From an uncultured virus (IMG/VR IMGVR_UViG_3300029448_000007) (taxonomy: Duplodnaviria > Heunggongvirae > Uroviricota > Caudoviricetes > Crassvirales), in the IMG/VR virus record IMGVR_UViG_3300029448_000007: DNA of 64,000 bases. One strand, written 5' to 3'. Shown here piece after piece: positions 14,586-24,335 of this stretch; the first letter of the stretch is position 1; every line of letters starts with the position of its first letter. The notes under the pieces are model-generated. The model saw nothing but the letters and a program-made list of their open reading frames with translations, did not search any database and was not told where the DNA came from. Both the position numbers and the translations under genes were made by a program.

Positions 14586-16928
14586 ATGTCGGTAAAATAC
14601 TGGGGTTTTCCATCACAGAAGAAAACTACTGCACAGCGTACCAAAGATTGGTACAAAGAGTGTATAGACGCATTTGACTCATCAGGTCTTTCATCAGATG
14701 AGGCGGTGCGTTCTTCTTTTACGAGGAAACAAATAAACTACAATCTTTACAACGGTCGCCTTGATATGGCGGACGTAAGAAGTTTTGTAAATCCCTATGA
14801 CCTTGAAACTGAGGAGATTCCAGAAAAAATCGAACACTTCCCAATAGCTGTACCTAGAATAGACCTTCTTATTGGAGAATCTATCAAAAGAAGATTTGAC
14901 TGGACAGTATTGGTTTCTGACCCCGACTCTGTTTCTTCAAAGCAAGAAGAAAAGAGATCTCTGATTTTTGAAAGGGTACAAGAACTTGTGAACAGTAATT
15001 ATACTGAATCACAGCTCCAAGAGAAAGTAAAAGAATTGGAGCATGAGGCCTTGTACACTTTTAAAGACAGAAAAGAAATAAGAGGAAATAAGCTTCTTAG
15101 ACATTTCTGGAACAAACAAAAGTGGGATCAAAAGTTTGCTGATGGGTTTAAAGATGCTCTTATCTCATCAGAAGAACTCTATATTGTTGATGTCGTTGGT
15201 GATGAACCCATCCTCAATAGGCTTAACCCACTGAATGTCTTTTGGTTACGCTCTGGATTTTCACACGACATTGAAGATGCTGATGTAATTTATGTTGATG
15301 AGTACTGGTCACCTGGTAAGATCATTGACTATTTCTACGAAGACCTAACACAAGAAGAAGTTGAAAAGCTTGAAAGAGGATTCAACAACGGTGGTGGTAG
15401 TGACCCATTCGTAGACGAGAGTGCCCAGTACAATCTTATTATTGACAGAAACATTGGTAGCACCACACCAAGCGATGTAAACGATTATACGATGCGTATG
15501 GGGTCTCAAGGGTATAAGACCCTTCCTTACGATCAAAACGGCAACATACGCGTCTTAAGAGCTTTCTGGAGGTCTTTTAGAAAGGTTAAGCTTGTCAAGT
15601 ACTTTGATGAGTTTGGTGCACCACAAGAAGATATATTCCCTGATAACTATTCACCCGACAAAGATAAAGGTGAAACAGCTCGTTCTATGTGGATCAACGA
15701 GTGGTTAGAAGGTACTCGTGTAGGCTCAGATATTTATATTAGAATGAGACCTAGACCTATTCAATATAACAAACTATCAAATCCATCGTATTGTCATCCT
15801 GGTATTGTAGGTTCGACTTATGCAACTAACTCGTATACGGCTGTTTCTATGATGGAGCGCACAAGGCCATATCAATACTTGTATGATATCTATATGGACA
15901 GACTCAATAAGATGTCTGCTAAAAACCAAGGTAGAATTCTAGAGTTAGACCTCAGCATGATTCCAGATGGTTGGGATATGGCTACTTGGATGCACTATTT
16001 GTCTTCTATGAATATTGCTGTCAAAGACAGTTTTAAAGAAGGTAAGGTAGGACCAGCCACAGGAAAGCTTGCGGGTAATCTAGGACACGCTGGACATAGT
16101 TATATTGACTTACAGAATTCACAATATATTCAGGAACATATTGGCATATTGCAGTTTATTAAAAGAGAAATGACTGAGATCATTGGTGTATCTGACCAAC
16201 GTCTCGGACAAATCGATACAAGAGAAACTGTTGGTGGAGTTGAGCGTTCTGTAGCACAGTCTTCACATGTTACTGAATATTACTTTCACAAGCATGAAAA
16301 TGTCCGTGAAAGAGTATTACAGATATTCCTTGAAACTTGTAAAAAAGTATTTAGAGGAAAAGAAAAGCTACTCCAGCATGTATTGGATGATGGTTCAGTA
16401 GAGATGTTTAAGATTGAAGGTAAGGGACTCGAAGCAGAGTTTGATGTACACATTCAATCTTCATCTAAATCTGCAGAGCTTGACGCTACATACAGGGAGA
16501 TGGCTAAGCTTGCATTCCAGTCCAACAAAGTTTCTCTCGATGTTTTAACCAAGCTTCTCACATCAGATTCTATGTCTGAGAAGAGACGCGTCATAGAAAA
16601 CGCAGAGAGACAAGCACAAGCACAGCAAGAAAGGCAGATGGAAAATCAACAGCAGATGGCACAACAACAAATGCAATCAGAACAACAAGCTGTTGATAAA
16701 GAAATTGCTGCCAAAGAAAGAATGAACATTAGAGATAATGAAACCAAACTTGCTTTAAAACAAAATAATGTTTCAGAACTTGGTGATTTCTATGACAAGC
16801 TTGAAGAACAGAAGCGTGAATTTGATGAAACTCTTAGACAAAAAGATAAGCACCACGCTGATAAAGTGAAGCTTGAGGAAAAGAAAATGGCTATTACGCC
16901 TGAAAACAAATCTGAAAATAAATCATAA
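14586..16928 (+). CDS. Portal protein
   Basis: 780 aa after terL; FPSQK, NYNLYNG, PYQYLYDI, GVSDQRLGQI..RETVGGVERSV..SS crAss-type motifs; Gln-rich tail. Confidence 0.93.
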   Translation: MSVKYWGFPSQKKTTAQRTKDWYKECIDAFDSSGLSSDEAVRSSFTRKQINYNLYNGRLDMADVRSFVNPYDLETEEIPEKIEHFPIAVPRIDLLIGESIKRRFDWTVLVSDPDSVSSKQEEKRSLIFERVQELVNSNYTESQLQEKVKELEHEALYTFKDRKEIRGNKLLRHFWNKQKWDQKFADGFKDALISSEELYIVDVVGDEPILNRLNPLNVFWLRSGFSHDIEDADVIYVDEYWSPGKIIDYFYEDLTQEEVEKLERGFNNGGGSDPFVDESAQYNLIIDRNIGSTTPSDVNDYTMRMGSQGYKTLPYDQNGNIRVLRAFWRSFRKVKLVKYFDEFGAPQEDIFPDNYSPDKDKGETARSMWINEWLEGTRVGSDIYIRMRPRPIQYNKLSNPSYCHPGIVGSTYATNSYTAVSMMERTRPYQYLYDIYMDRLNKMSAKNQGRILELDLSMIPDGWDMATWMHYLSSMNIAVKDSFKEGKVGPATGKLAGNLGHAGHSYIDLQNSQYIQEHIGILQFIKREMTEIIGVSDQRLGQIDTRETVGGVERSVAQSSHVTEYYFHKHENVRERVLQIFLETCKKVFRGKEKLLQHVLDDGSVEMFKIEGKGLEAEFDVHIQSSSKSAELDATYREMAKLAFQSNKVSLDVLTKLLTSDSMSEKRRVIENAERQAQAQQERQMENQQQMAQQQMQSEQQAVDKEIAAKERMNIRDNETKLALKQNNVSELGDFYDKLEEQKREFDETLRQKDKHHADKVKLEEKKMAITPENKSENKS

Positions 16929-16937
16929 TTTTACACC

Positions 16938-17987
16938 ATGGACGATAACTTAGACCTTGATATGAAATCATTGGTCGAAGATGGTGATTTCAAACCATCA
17001 GAGACACCTAGTGATCCGCCAGCAGAAACTTCTACGGAAGCTGCAGCGGAAGAGAGCGTAGCTACGGTGGCTCCTACAGAAAGTACTCAACATCCTGAAG
17101 AGTCCTCTAAGGAAGCCCCCTCTAACGCTGCTTTATCCGCCTTTGCCAACCTTCTTGCCGATGAGGGGGTTGTTTCCTTGGACGAAAACAAAAATATTGA
17201 ATCAACAAATGATCTTGTAGATCTGATTCAAAAAACTATTAAAGAGAATGAGTTAGCTCATCTCTCTGACGACCAGAAACAAGCACTCAAAGCTTTTGAA
17301 AATGGAATCCCAGTAGAGGAGTTTCTTAAATCTCAAAGCACGGTACAGACGATTGCAAACATTAAAAATGAACAAATCGAATCTGACCCTAAGCTTCGAA
17401 GAAGTTTAATTAAAGACTCATACCTCGCTAAAGGATTTTCAGAAGATAAAGCTGACCGATTGACTCAAGATTCGTTTGATCTTGGGAGAGATGTGGAAGA
17501 TGCGGTTGAAGCCAAAGATGATCAAGTCAAATTTCAGAAGCAGAGAATTGCAAACGAAATAGCCGATCAAGAAAAACAACAAGAAGCGGCTAAGAAGCAA
17601 CAAGAAGCAGAACTGAAAAAGCTAAAAGACAAAGTTTACAAGGAAGAAGAAATCATCCCTGGCATTAGTTTTAATAAAAAAACTGCTGATAAGGTTTATG
17701 AATCTATGACTAAAGTTGTCAGTGAGGTTCAAGGACAGCCTGTTAACCAAATGATGAAAGATCGCATTGATAACCCTGTTGAGTTTGAACATAGACTTCA
17801 TTATGTTTATACATTGACAAAGGGTTTCAAGGACTTCTCAAAGCTGGTTAAAACCAGTAAATCTAAAGCTGTCTCAGAATTTGAAGCCAAGCTTAACAAC
17901 GGAGGCGAAACGTATCAAGCCCCACTATCTTTCAATTCAGGAACATCGATTCTTGACAAAATTATGGAAAACCCAAATATTAAATAA
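16938..17987 (+). CDS. Putative scaffolding protein
   Basis: Acidic, coiled-coil, between portal and capsid. Confidence 0.7.
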   Translation: MDDNLDLDMKSLVEDGDFKPSETPSDPPAETSTEAAAEESVATVAPTESTQHPEESSKEAPSNAALSAFANLLADEGVVSLDENKNIESTNDLVDLIQKTIKENELAHLSDDQKQALKAFENGIPVEEFLKSQSTVQTIANIKNEQIESDPKLRRSLIKDSYLAKGFSEDKADRLTQDSFDLGRDVEDAVEAKDDQVKFQKQRIANEIADQEKQQEAAKKQQEAELKKLKDKVYKEEEIIPGISFNKKTADKVYESMTKVVSEVQGQPVNQMMKDRIDNPVEFEHRLHYVYTLTKGFKDFSKLVKTSKSKAVSEFEAKLNNGGETYQAPLSFNSGTSILDKIMENPNIK

Positions 17988-19495
17988 TGAAAATTTCATT
18001 CCTACAAACAAATGACGCCAAAGCGTGGAGTGGTATTACTACCAAAAACCACCTCGGTGCCATTTATGAAAAGAAGCCTCAACTCGCTTCTAACATTATC
18101 TCTCGTATGCTTTTCCAAGCTTACGGAGCTACTCTTAACAACATGTTGGATCAAATCCCCGCGTTGTATCTCGAAACTGCTGACGACTTCACTTGGAAGC
18201 TTATTGGTTCTTCTGACCGTAACATTCCTTTGGTAGAAGCTCGTTATCAAGGTTCTCCTGTTGCTGCTACTGACACTGGTGTTGGAGCCAACGGTACTGA
18301 GTTCGAACTCGTATTTGGAGAAAAGTGGTTCTCTGATGTAAGTGTAATTGTTGGACACGACGATGCTTATCCCGTTCGTATCAAGCAAGAGCCTTATGCA
18401 GAAGGAACTAACTGGGTATATGTAGTTGAGCCTTACGGTGCAGACATTTTCGTTTCAGGTGTTCCTGGTGACGAGTTTGTTGCTGGTAAGAGATTCAGCC
18501 GTGAATACTCTCCAGTTGAGTCTACATTGTCTACTAAGGGTGCTAGCCCTGCGTTCACTACTCCTGTTGAGTTCAGATCTAACTTCTCACAGCAGAGATG
18601 GCAAGAAACTATTCCTGGCAATATGATCAGAGAAAGACTTGCTGGTGCTATGGTTTCAGTTGGAGACGACGGAGAAAAGAACGAATTCAATGTTTGGACT
18701 GACTGGTTGGATTTCGAGTTCATGCGTCAAGTTGAGATGGACACATCCAGAATGCTTTACTACGGACGTTCTACAAGAGACGCCAATGGTAACTATACCT
18801 CTGTTGGTAAGTCTGGACACGTCATCGAAGCTGGACCTGGTATTAGAGAGCAAATGGAAGTATCTGGTGTATCTCGTTATGGTAAGCTTACCACTGACTA
18901 CCTCACCAACGTACTCCTCGAGCTTTCTGATAACAAGCTCCCAATGGACAACCGTCACTTTGTTATTCGTACAGGTGAAAGAGGTGCTGTACTTTTCCAC
19001 AGAGCTATTCAAACTGAAGCTTCTGGATGGACTGCACTTCATGACATGGATGCTCAGCGTTCTGTTAGCTCCGCACTTCACTCTAACTCTAGAGAGTTCG
19101 GATTCCAGTACACTCAGTATTTGGCACCTAACAACATCAAAGTAACACTTGAAGTTGATCCATTCTATTCTGACCCTGTTCGCAATAAGCAGCTTGCACC
19201 TAACAACGGACACTTCCTTGGTGGTGTTGCAGAAGCTTATCGTATGGACATCATGGATATCGGAACCATTGATGGTGAGCCTAACTTGAGAAAGGTTTAC
19301 TCTAAGAAAGACCCACGAGTATTTGGATATATTCCTGGACTTAGAGATCCTTACTCTCCTGAAGGTTCTATGGGTAACCCTAAGCTTATGGTTACTCCTA
19401 AGGATGGCTACGAAATCCATTGCATGGATACTTGTGCTGTAATGATGAAGGATCCTGGACGTTCTAGAACGCTCAAGCCTAAGTTCGCAGACTAA
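17987..19495 (+). CDS. Major capsid protein
   Basis: 502 aa, strong codon bias, WSGITTKNHLGAI, AGPGIREQ, RTGERG motifs typical of crAss-like MCP; followed by hairpin. Confidence 0.93.
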   Translation: MKISFLQTNDAKAWSGITTKNHLGAIYEKKPQLASNIISRMLFQAYGATLNNMLDQIPALYLETADDFTWKLIGSSDRNIPLVEARYQGSPVAATDTGVGANGTEFELVFGEKWFSDVSVIVGHDDAYPVRIKQEPYAEGTNWVYVVEPYGADIFVSGVPGDEFVAGKRFSREYSPVESTLSTKGASPAFTTPVEFRSNFSQQRWQETIPGNMIRERLAGAMVSVGDDGEKNEFNVWTDWLDFEFMRQVEMDTSRMLYYGRSTRDANGNYTSVGKSGHVIEAGPGIREQMEVSGVSRYGKLTTDYLTNVLLELSDNKLPMDNRHFVIRTGERGAVLFHRAIQTEASGWTALHDMDAQRSVSSALHSNSREFGFQYTQYLAPNNIKVTLEVDPFYSDPVRNKQLAPNNGHFLGGVAEAYRMDIMDIGTIDGEPNLRKVYSKKDPRVFGYIPGLRDPYSPEGSMGNPKLMVTPKDGYEIHCMDTCAVMMKDPGRSRTLKPKFAD

Positions 19496-19506
19496 AACAA
19501 AGCATA

Positions 19507-19535
19507 GTTAAGGGGGAGACTATCTCCCCTTTAAC
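19507..19535 (+). terminator. Hairpin after major capsid gene
   Basis: GTTAAGGGGGAGA-CTA-TCTCCCCTTTAAC. Confidence 0.75.
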
Positions 19536-19555
19536 TCCCTGTAAATATATATATT

Positions 19556-19867
19556 ATGCCAAATCCAAAAAATAAAAAGAAAAACAATCCTAAAAGGAAT
19601 CGACTAATAGAAGAATCTAAGAAAAAGTCAGTAGAAAGAATGACCACTAAAAAACCACTTCCTTCTTATGAAGAGATGTTGTTAAAAGTTACTCCACCAA
19701 AAACAGCTATGGATTCTGTTCGTACAATGCCTGATAAAAGTATGAAGAAAGATACCATGAAGCAGATGAAAAAGAAAGATATGATGTATGGTGGTAAGAA
19801 AAAAACCATGACTTACGGTGGTAAGAAAATGAGGTATGGTGGTATGAAGAAAGGTAAAAAATGTTAA
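19556..19867 (+). CDS. Lys/Met-rich basic protein with three MxYGG repeats
   Basis: ORF track. Confidence 0.75.
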   Translation: MPNPKNKKKNNPKRNRLIEESKKKSVERMTTKKPLPSYEEMLLKVTPPKTAMDSVRTMPDKSMKKDTMKQMKKKDMMYGGKKKTMTYGGKKMRYGGMKKGKKC

Positions 19868-19877
19868 AACTAAACTA

Positions 19878-20585
19878 ATGGCAAATCCAAGATCAGCAGC
19901 TGCTAAAAGACTATTGAAAGGAGCACAGCAGCAAAGACAAGCTAAAAATAAAAAAGCAACAGCTTCTACAATGAAGAATATGAAGTCTGTTGCTAAAGGT
20001 ACTTATGCAAATCGTAGCAATGCAAAAGCTGCAGAAGCTAATGTTAAAAGTCCTGTAAAAGCTCCTAAAAAAGCTAAGAAAGCTACAACCAAAAAGACAA
20101 ACTACGATAATATGTCCTTTAGTAAAGCGTTTGCTGCAGGTCGTAAAGTAGCATTGGCTGGAGGTAGTAAAACTTTTACATGGAGAGGTAAAAGATACGG
20201 TACTAATCTTAAGAAGAAAGCACCTAAAACAACCCCTCGTCCAAATGTTACTGCTGGTTTAAAAGCAGAACAAAAAAAAGCTAGTAACAAAGCTGTAAAA
20301 AAGGTTGAACAAAATATTGCTTCTTCTACAAAAGATAAGCCTAAAGTAAAAAGCAGTCAGGTAAGCTTTAAAAGTAAATCAAGACTTCTTGCTAATAAGC
20401 CAGGTCAAAGCTCATCTCGTAAACCTTATCAAACTAAAGCTGGGCCTGCTCAACCTGTAGCTAAACCTAGAACTAAGAAAAAGTCTACTAGAAAAGCACC
20501 TCTTGATAAAAATCTAGGTTTGATGGGAAATATTAAAAAAGGTATTAGAAAGGCAGGGCGTGCTGTAAAAAAAACACTTAAATAA
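19878..20585 (+). CDS. Histone-H1-like Lys/Ala-rich protein with SFSKAFAAGR...TFTWRGKRYGT module
   Basis: ORF track; composition. Confidence 0.75.
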   Translation: MANPRSAAAKRLLKGAQQQRQAKNKKATASTMKNMKSVAKGTYANRSNAKAAEANVKSPVKAPKKAKKATTKKTNYDNMSFSKAFAAGRKVALAGGSKTFTWRGKRYGTNLKKKAPKTTPRPNVTAGLKAEQKKASNKAVKKVEQNIASSTKDKPKVKSSQVSFKSKSRLLANKPGQSSSRKPYQTKAGPAQPVAKPRTKKKSTRKAPLDKNLGLMGNIKKGIRKAGRAVKKTLK

Positions 20586-20611
20586 GATTAAAGAGTAAAC
20601 TTAAATAAACA

Positions 20612-21484
20612 ATGGCGGATTTTAAACTACCCAACAAAACAGTGATTGTAAAGCCGATTGTAAAATCGACTTACATGATTCCAGACACTAATCACATTGC
20701 AGCTTTTTTGGCAAGAGGCTCATTCAATGACTATGGTCTACGACAGCTTGATAGTAATGGAAACTATGTTAATCCATTTACAAAAGAAGAGAAAGAGTTT
20801 TTTGAGGATTCCTCAAGGTCTGGTCTCGCTTTTGAATATGGTGACTTGAGTATTTACGGAAGAGAAGGTGAGAATTACTGGGATGATTTCCAAATTAAAC
20901 TGCAGAAAGACCCAGTTGCTCTCGATTTAAATAATCCTATGGATTATATCAAGTATAAGGTTCTTCTTACTAACACTAAGGAAATTTGTCCATCTTACGA
21001 ACTCATTGACACAAAAGCTACTTACAAGTACTATATTGAAGATGAGCAACAGTTGGATCTTTCAGAATCTAATGCTGCTGATGTTGAAGAAAGAGCATGG
21101 GAGATCTTTGGTGAAGTCAAAGGTTCTCACGCTAAAATGGCAGACATCCTTTATGTATATGGTAAAGGAGTTGCTGAGAACTCAACAGATGATTTCTTGA
21201 AGCGTCAACTTAGGTCACTTATTAAGCAAGACTTTGAAAGATTTGTCAGAGTCTGTGATGACCCAAGTTTTCACACAAGTCTTCTTATTCAAAAAGCAAT
21301 TAGGGTTGGTGCTATCAAAAAAAGTGGTACTGCTTACATGACCGAACATGGTGATAAGATTGCTGATGGTATTAGAGATACTGTGTTGTACATCGACGAT
21401 CCTAAGAATCAAGAGTTTAGATTCAATCTTGAACAAAAAGTAGATGGTGTTAAGAAAGCACCAGCTAGGAAAAGAAAAGCATGA
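20612..21484 (+). CDS. Conserved crAss-like capsid-module protein (gene 75-like)
   Basis: LDLNNPMDYIKYKVL motif; synteny. Confidence 0.7.
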   Translation: MADFKLPNKTVIVKPIVKSTYMIPDTNHIAAFLARGSFNDYGLRQLDSNGNYVNPFTKEEKEFFEDSSRSGLAFEYGDLSIYGREGENYWDDFQIKLQKDPVALDLNNPMDYIKYKVLLTNTKEICPSYELIDTKATYKYYIEDEQQLDLSESNAADVEERAWEIFGEVKGSHAKMADILYVYGKGVAENSTDDFLKRQLRSLIKQDFERFVRVCDDPSFHTSLLIQKAIRVGAIKKSGTAYMTEHGDKIADGIRDTVLYIDDPKNQEFRFNLEQKVDGVKKAPARKRKA

Positions 21485-22218
21485 CAACTACCGAGTTTTC
21501 TAACGAGTTTGATATTCTTTATGAATCTATTGCGTCTAATGGTGCTCCACCACTAGACGATTATGAGAAGTCTGTATTGCTAACTCAAGCTCAGGAAATC
21601 TTGGTTAAAGATAGTTATTCCTATAAATTCAATGTTGCAAAAGAAGCAGTAGATGCTACTGAAAAAAGACGCAGGGATTTATCAGAACTATACATGCAAG
21701 GTGTAAGTTCAAATCCTACTACAGACCCTGATCAAAGTATCAGTACAAACGCTGTCTTTTTTGATATTGAAGATAATGTTCTTTTTATTTTAAATGAAAG
21801 AATTAAAGTGAGTTCAGATCAAACATGTTATGACCAAGGTTATATACCTGTTGTTCCTGTAACGCACGATGATTATAATTACCTAATTTCTAACCCCTTT
21901 AAAAAGCCTAGTGAAAGCTTGGCTTGGCGTTTGGAACATTCCAAACTTTCAACAAATCGTGTTGTAGAGATTGTACATGTTTCTACGGTCAATCCCGAAG
22001 AGTATTACTACCGCTATATCAAAAAGCCAAAGCCTATTATTGTTTCTGGTCTAACAGGCACAAGCGTTGATGGTATTTCTGCTCAAACGGAATGCGAGTT
22101 ATCTGAAGGATTCCACCGTGAAATCCTACATATAGCAGTAGAACTTGCACTTGAAACTACGGGCAATCCACGATTTGGAACCAAATTACAATATAACTCA
22201 TCTAAAACTATAAACTGA
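21481..22218 (+). CDS. Tail ring protein (gene 74-like)
   Basis: EFSNEFDILY, DDYEKSVLLTQAQ, YRYIKKPKPII, CEL...HREIL..AVELA. Confidence 0.8.
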   Translation: MTTTEFSNEFDILYESIASNGAPPLDDYEKSVLLTQAQEILVKDSYSYKFNVAKEAVDATEKRRRDLSELYMQGVSSNPTTDPDQSISTNAVFFDIEDNVLFILNERIKVSSDQTCYDQGYIPVVPVTHDDYNYLISNPFKKPSESLAWRLEHSKLSTNRVVEIVHVSTVNPEEYYYRYIKKPKPIIVSGLTGTSVDGISAQTECELSEGFHREILHIAVELALETTGNPRFGTKLQYNSSKTIN

Positions 22219-23465
22219 TGAAAGCCCAAAATACAAACGTAAAAGTCCTTATTGGTGGCTCTGCTGCAGGTCCTACAGATGCTGACCTCGCTGCTTTTAA
22301 AGCAGACGGTGATGCAGGAGAAATCTTTGCTTCTGATGGAGCTGGTTCAGCATTTGCTGCAACTTCTACACAGCTTGTTCTTTCTGTAAAAAATGCAGAT
22401 GGAACTCTCCAGCAAACTGAAGTAATTCCTGTTGCTGGTATTGTTAAAGCAAAAGCTTTGGCATATACTGCTGGAACAAACCAAGTTGATTTTATTGGTT
22501 TCAATGGAACTTCTGGTTCTATTGATGCTGTAAATTCAACTCACTACATTGCAAACCTTCGTATGCAAGAGTTCGGTTCTAATTCAGCTTCTAACTATGA
22601 GAACCTCGTTGGAGAATTCTACACTGACGCTTCTGGAACTCAACAAGAAGTTGCTGATGGAATGGTTAGTTCTCTTATTGCTTCTCATGACGAGTTGGAT
22701 CAAGAAAGATTCTTGATCGAGCGTGTAATTGATGTAGCTGGTGGTATTGTTCCTACTGGAGTAAATACTTTGACTTTTACTAAAGGTTCTAAGTATTTTA
22801 CAGCAACTGATATTAATAACGCTTCTGGAGCAGCAGCTTTTCAAGTAGGTGAATACATTCGTATTGGAACTAATCTTACAGATCCTATTTATAAGATTGC
22901 AGCAATTGATGATTTTACTAATGTAGGAACACTTGATGTTGCTTTCCAAGGCGATACTACTTCTGTTGACGACACTGCTTGTAAAAGAATTGCTACTTCA
23001 GCTCTTGCTGCAGCTGCATTTGGTATCAAACTTACTGCTCGTGACCTTACTGCTGTTGCTGGTAAGTTCCCAGTTCAGAAGTTCCACTTCTCTACTTCTC
23101 TTGAAAACTTTGGTTCTACTACTTTGACTGCTCAGTCTACTGGTGCATCTGTAGGTACTGGATCTGGAGCTCAAGTTAGAGAGCACGAGTGGTTCGCAAG
23201 AGGTAACTTCGGTGAGATCTACAGAACTGGTCAGCCATATTTGTTTGATAACGAATTGCTTGCCGCTGTAGGTTCTAACTACGATGCCCTTTGCATTGAC
23301 TACTACTTGGACGAAAGAGAAAGGTTGACTTACACAAGTTCTCCTAGAAGTGTTGTTGTTTATGGTGTAACTAGCGCAGGTAACGATGTTATCGATGGTC
23401 TTGTTACTGACATTAGCCTCAACACTGTTTCTAGTGTTCTTGACAACCTTGCTGTAATTTCTTAA
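22218..23465 (+). CDS. Auxiliary capsid/structural protein (gene 73-like)
   Basis: Highly biased codons, GSGAQVREHEWFARG..GEIYR, YDALCIDY; synteny. Confidence 0.65.
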   Translation: MKAQNTNVKVLIGGSAAGPTDADLAAFKADGDAGEIFASDGAGSAFAATSTQLVLSVKNADGTLQQTEVIPVAGIVKAKALAYTAGTNQVDFIGFNGTSGSIDAVNSTHYIANLRMQEFGSNSASNYENLVGEFYTDASGTQQEVADGMVSSLIASHDELDQERFLIERVIDVAGGIVPTGVNTLTFTKGSKYFTATDINNASGAAAFQVGEYIRIGTNLTDPIYKIAAIDDFTNVGTLDVAFQGDTTSVDDTACKRIATSALAAAAFGIKLTARDLTAVAGKFPVQKFHFSTSLENFGSTTLTAQSTGASVGTGSGAQVREHEWFARGNFGEIYRTGQPYLFDNELLAAVGSNYDALCIDYYLDERERLTYTSSPRSVVVYGVTSAGNDVIDGLVTDISLNTVSSVLDNLAVIS

Positions 23466-23531
23466 TACAATGTAAGGTTATATAACAATACTTATTATAT
23501 CATATATATAGTTTTTGTTATATTTAAGATT

Positions 23532-23555
23532 GGGGAGTTTTACTCCCCTTTCTTA
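23532..23555 (+). terminator. Intrinsic terminator
   Basis: GGGGAGT-TTT-ACTCCCC-TTTCTTA. Confidence 0.7.
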
Positions 23556-23580
23556 TATTTGTACTTATTTAAAAAAAATT

Positions 23581-23865
23581 ATGGACTACAGAGACATTGT
23601 TAAAGGGATTACTAACTTCTTTAGTAATTCATTCGGACAAAATACATCTTTTATTGTAGACTCAAGCAATCCTCTTACAAGTGCTGGTGGTGAATACACA
23701 GTACTTGAAGTCCTTGAAGATGCTGCTGGTGTATCTATCACAGACGCTAATCTTTCAGGAGGTGCTGCATATCCAACAGATATGACCACTGGTTTTAGAA
23801 CTTATGGTAAGTTTACAGCTGTTTCTTGCACTGGTGGAAAGATTAAAATGTATAAGTCAAGATGA
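23581..23865 (+). CDS. Small beta-rich structural protein (MDYRDIVKG...)
   Basis: Start moved to ATG 23581; TATATTTG at 23554-23561. Confidence 0.7.
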   Translation: MDYRDIVKGITNFFSNSFGQNTSFIVDSSNPLTSAGGEYTVLEVLEDAAGVSITDANLSGGAAYPTDMTTGFRTYGKFTAVSCTGGKIKMYKSR

Positions 23866-24038
23866 GTTTAACTGTTGATGAAATACAACAGTATCTCGAT
23901 AAAAGTGCTTCTTACGGTAGAATTCTAGGAAATGATATCGTAACTGAAGTAAAGATGGGCTGCTTTAATTACTCAGCCGATACACTTATTTCGAATTATT
24001 TTAATAGGTATCTATTAACTAAAAAAACCCTATCATGA
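23862..24038 (+). CDS. 58-aa hypothetical protein
   Basis: Hand-translated; ATGA overlaps at both ends. Confidence 0.7.
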   Translation: MSLTVDEIQQYLDKSASYGRILGNDIVTEVKMGCFNYSADTLISNYFNRYLLTKKTLS

Positions 24039-24331
24039 GTAAAAGTCTTACTGGTAATATTGCTAACATTGAAATAGAAGCTACCAGATCACCTTATGAT
24101 AGTCAAGGTAATAACATTGTAGACGCAGATAGAAATAAAAATCTTGCGTTAGCACAACCTCCCTCTACAGATATAAACATTAGAACATACGCTACCACAT
24201 CGGTTGCTCCGAGAAGTGGTGGTGCATATTTGTTCTTTACACCAGATGATGATGGTAACGGCCCAGCATTTGGTTATTGGGATGGTACAAATCTTTTTGT
24301 TGCCGTTGCACTTCAAATAACTGACAACTAA
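24035..24331 (+). CDS. Small structural/fibre-like protein
   Basis: ORF track. Confidence 0.7.
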   Translation: MSKSLTGNIANIEIEATRSPYDSQGNNIVDADRNKNLALAQPPSTDINIRTYATTSVAPRSGGAYLFFTPDDDGNGPAFGYWDGTNLFVAVALQITDN

Positions 24332-24335
24332 AATC

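Noticed and set aside
18002..19420. Long antisense and alternate-frame ORFs over the capsid gene (e.g. 18656-19420, 18639-19145)
   Set aside because: Explained by strong codon bias of a highly expressed gene; no recognisable protein features
12372..19495. Introns or inteins in terminase, portal or capsid genes
   Set aside because: ORFs are continuous, of normal length, with no intein or homing-endonuclease motifs
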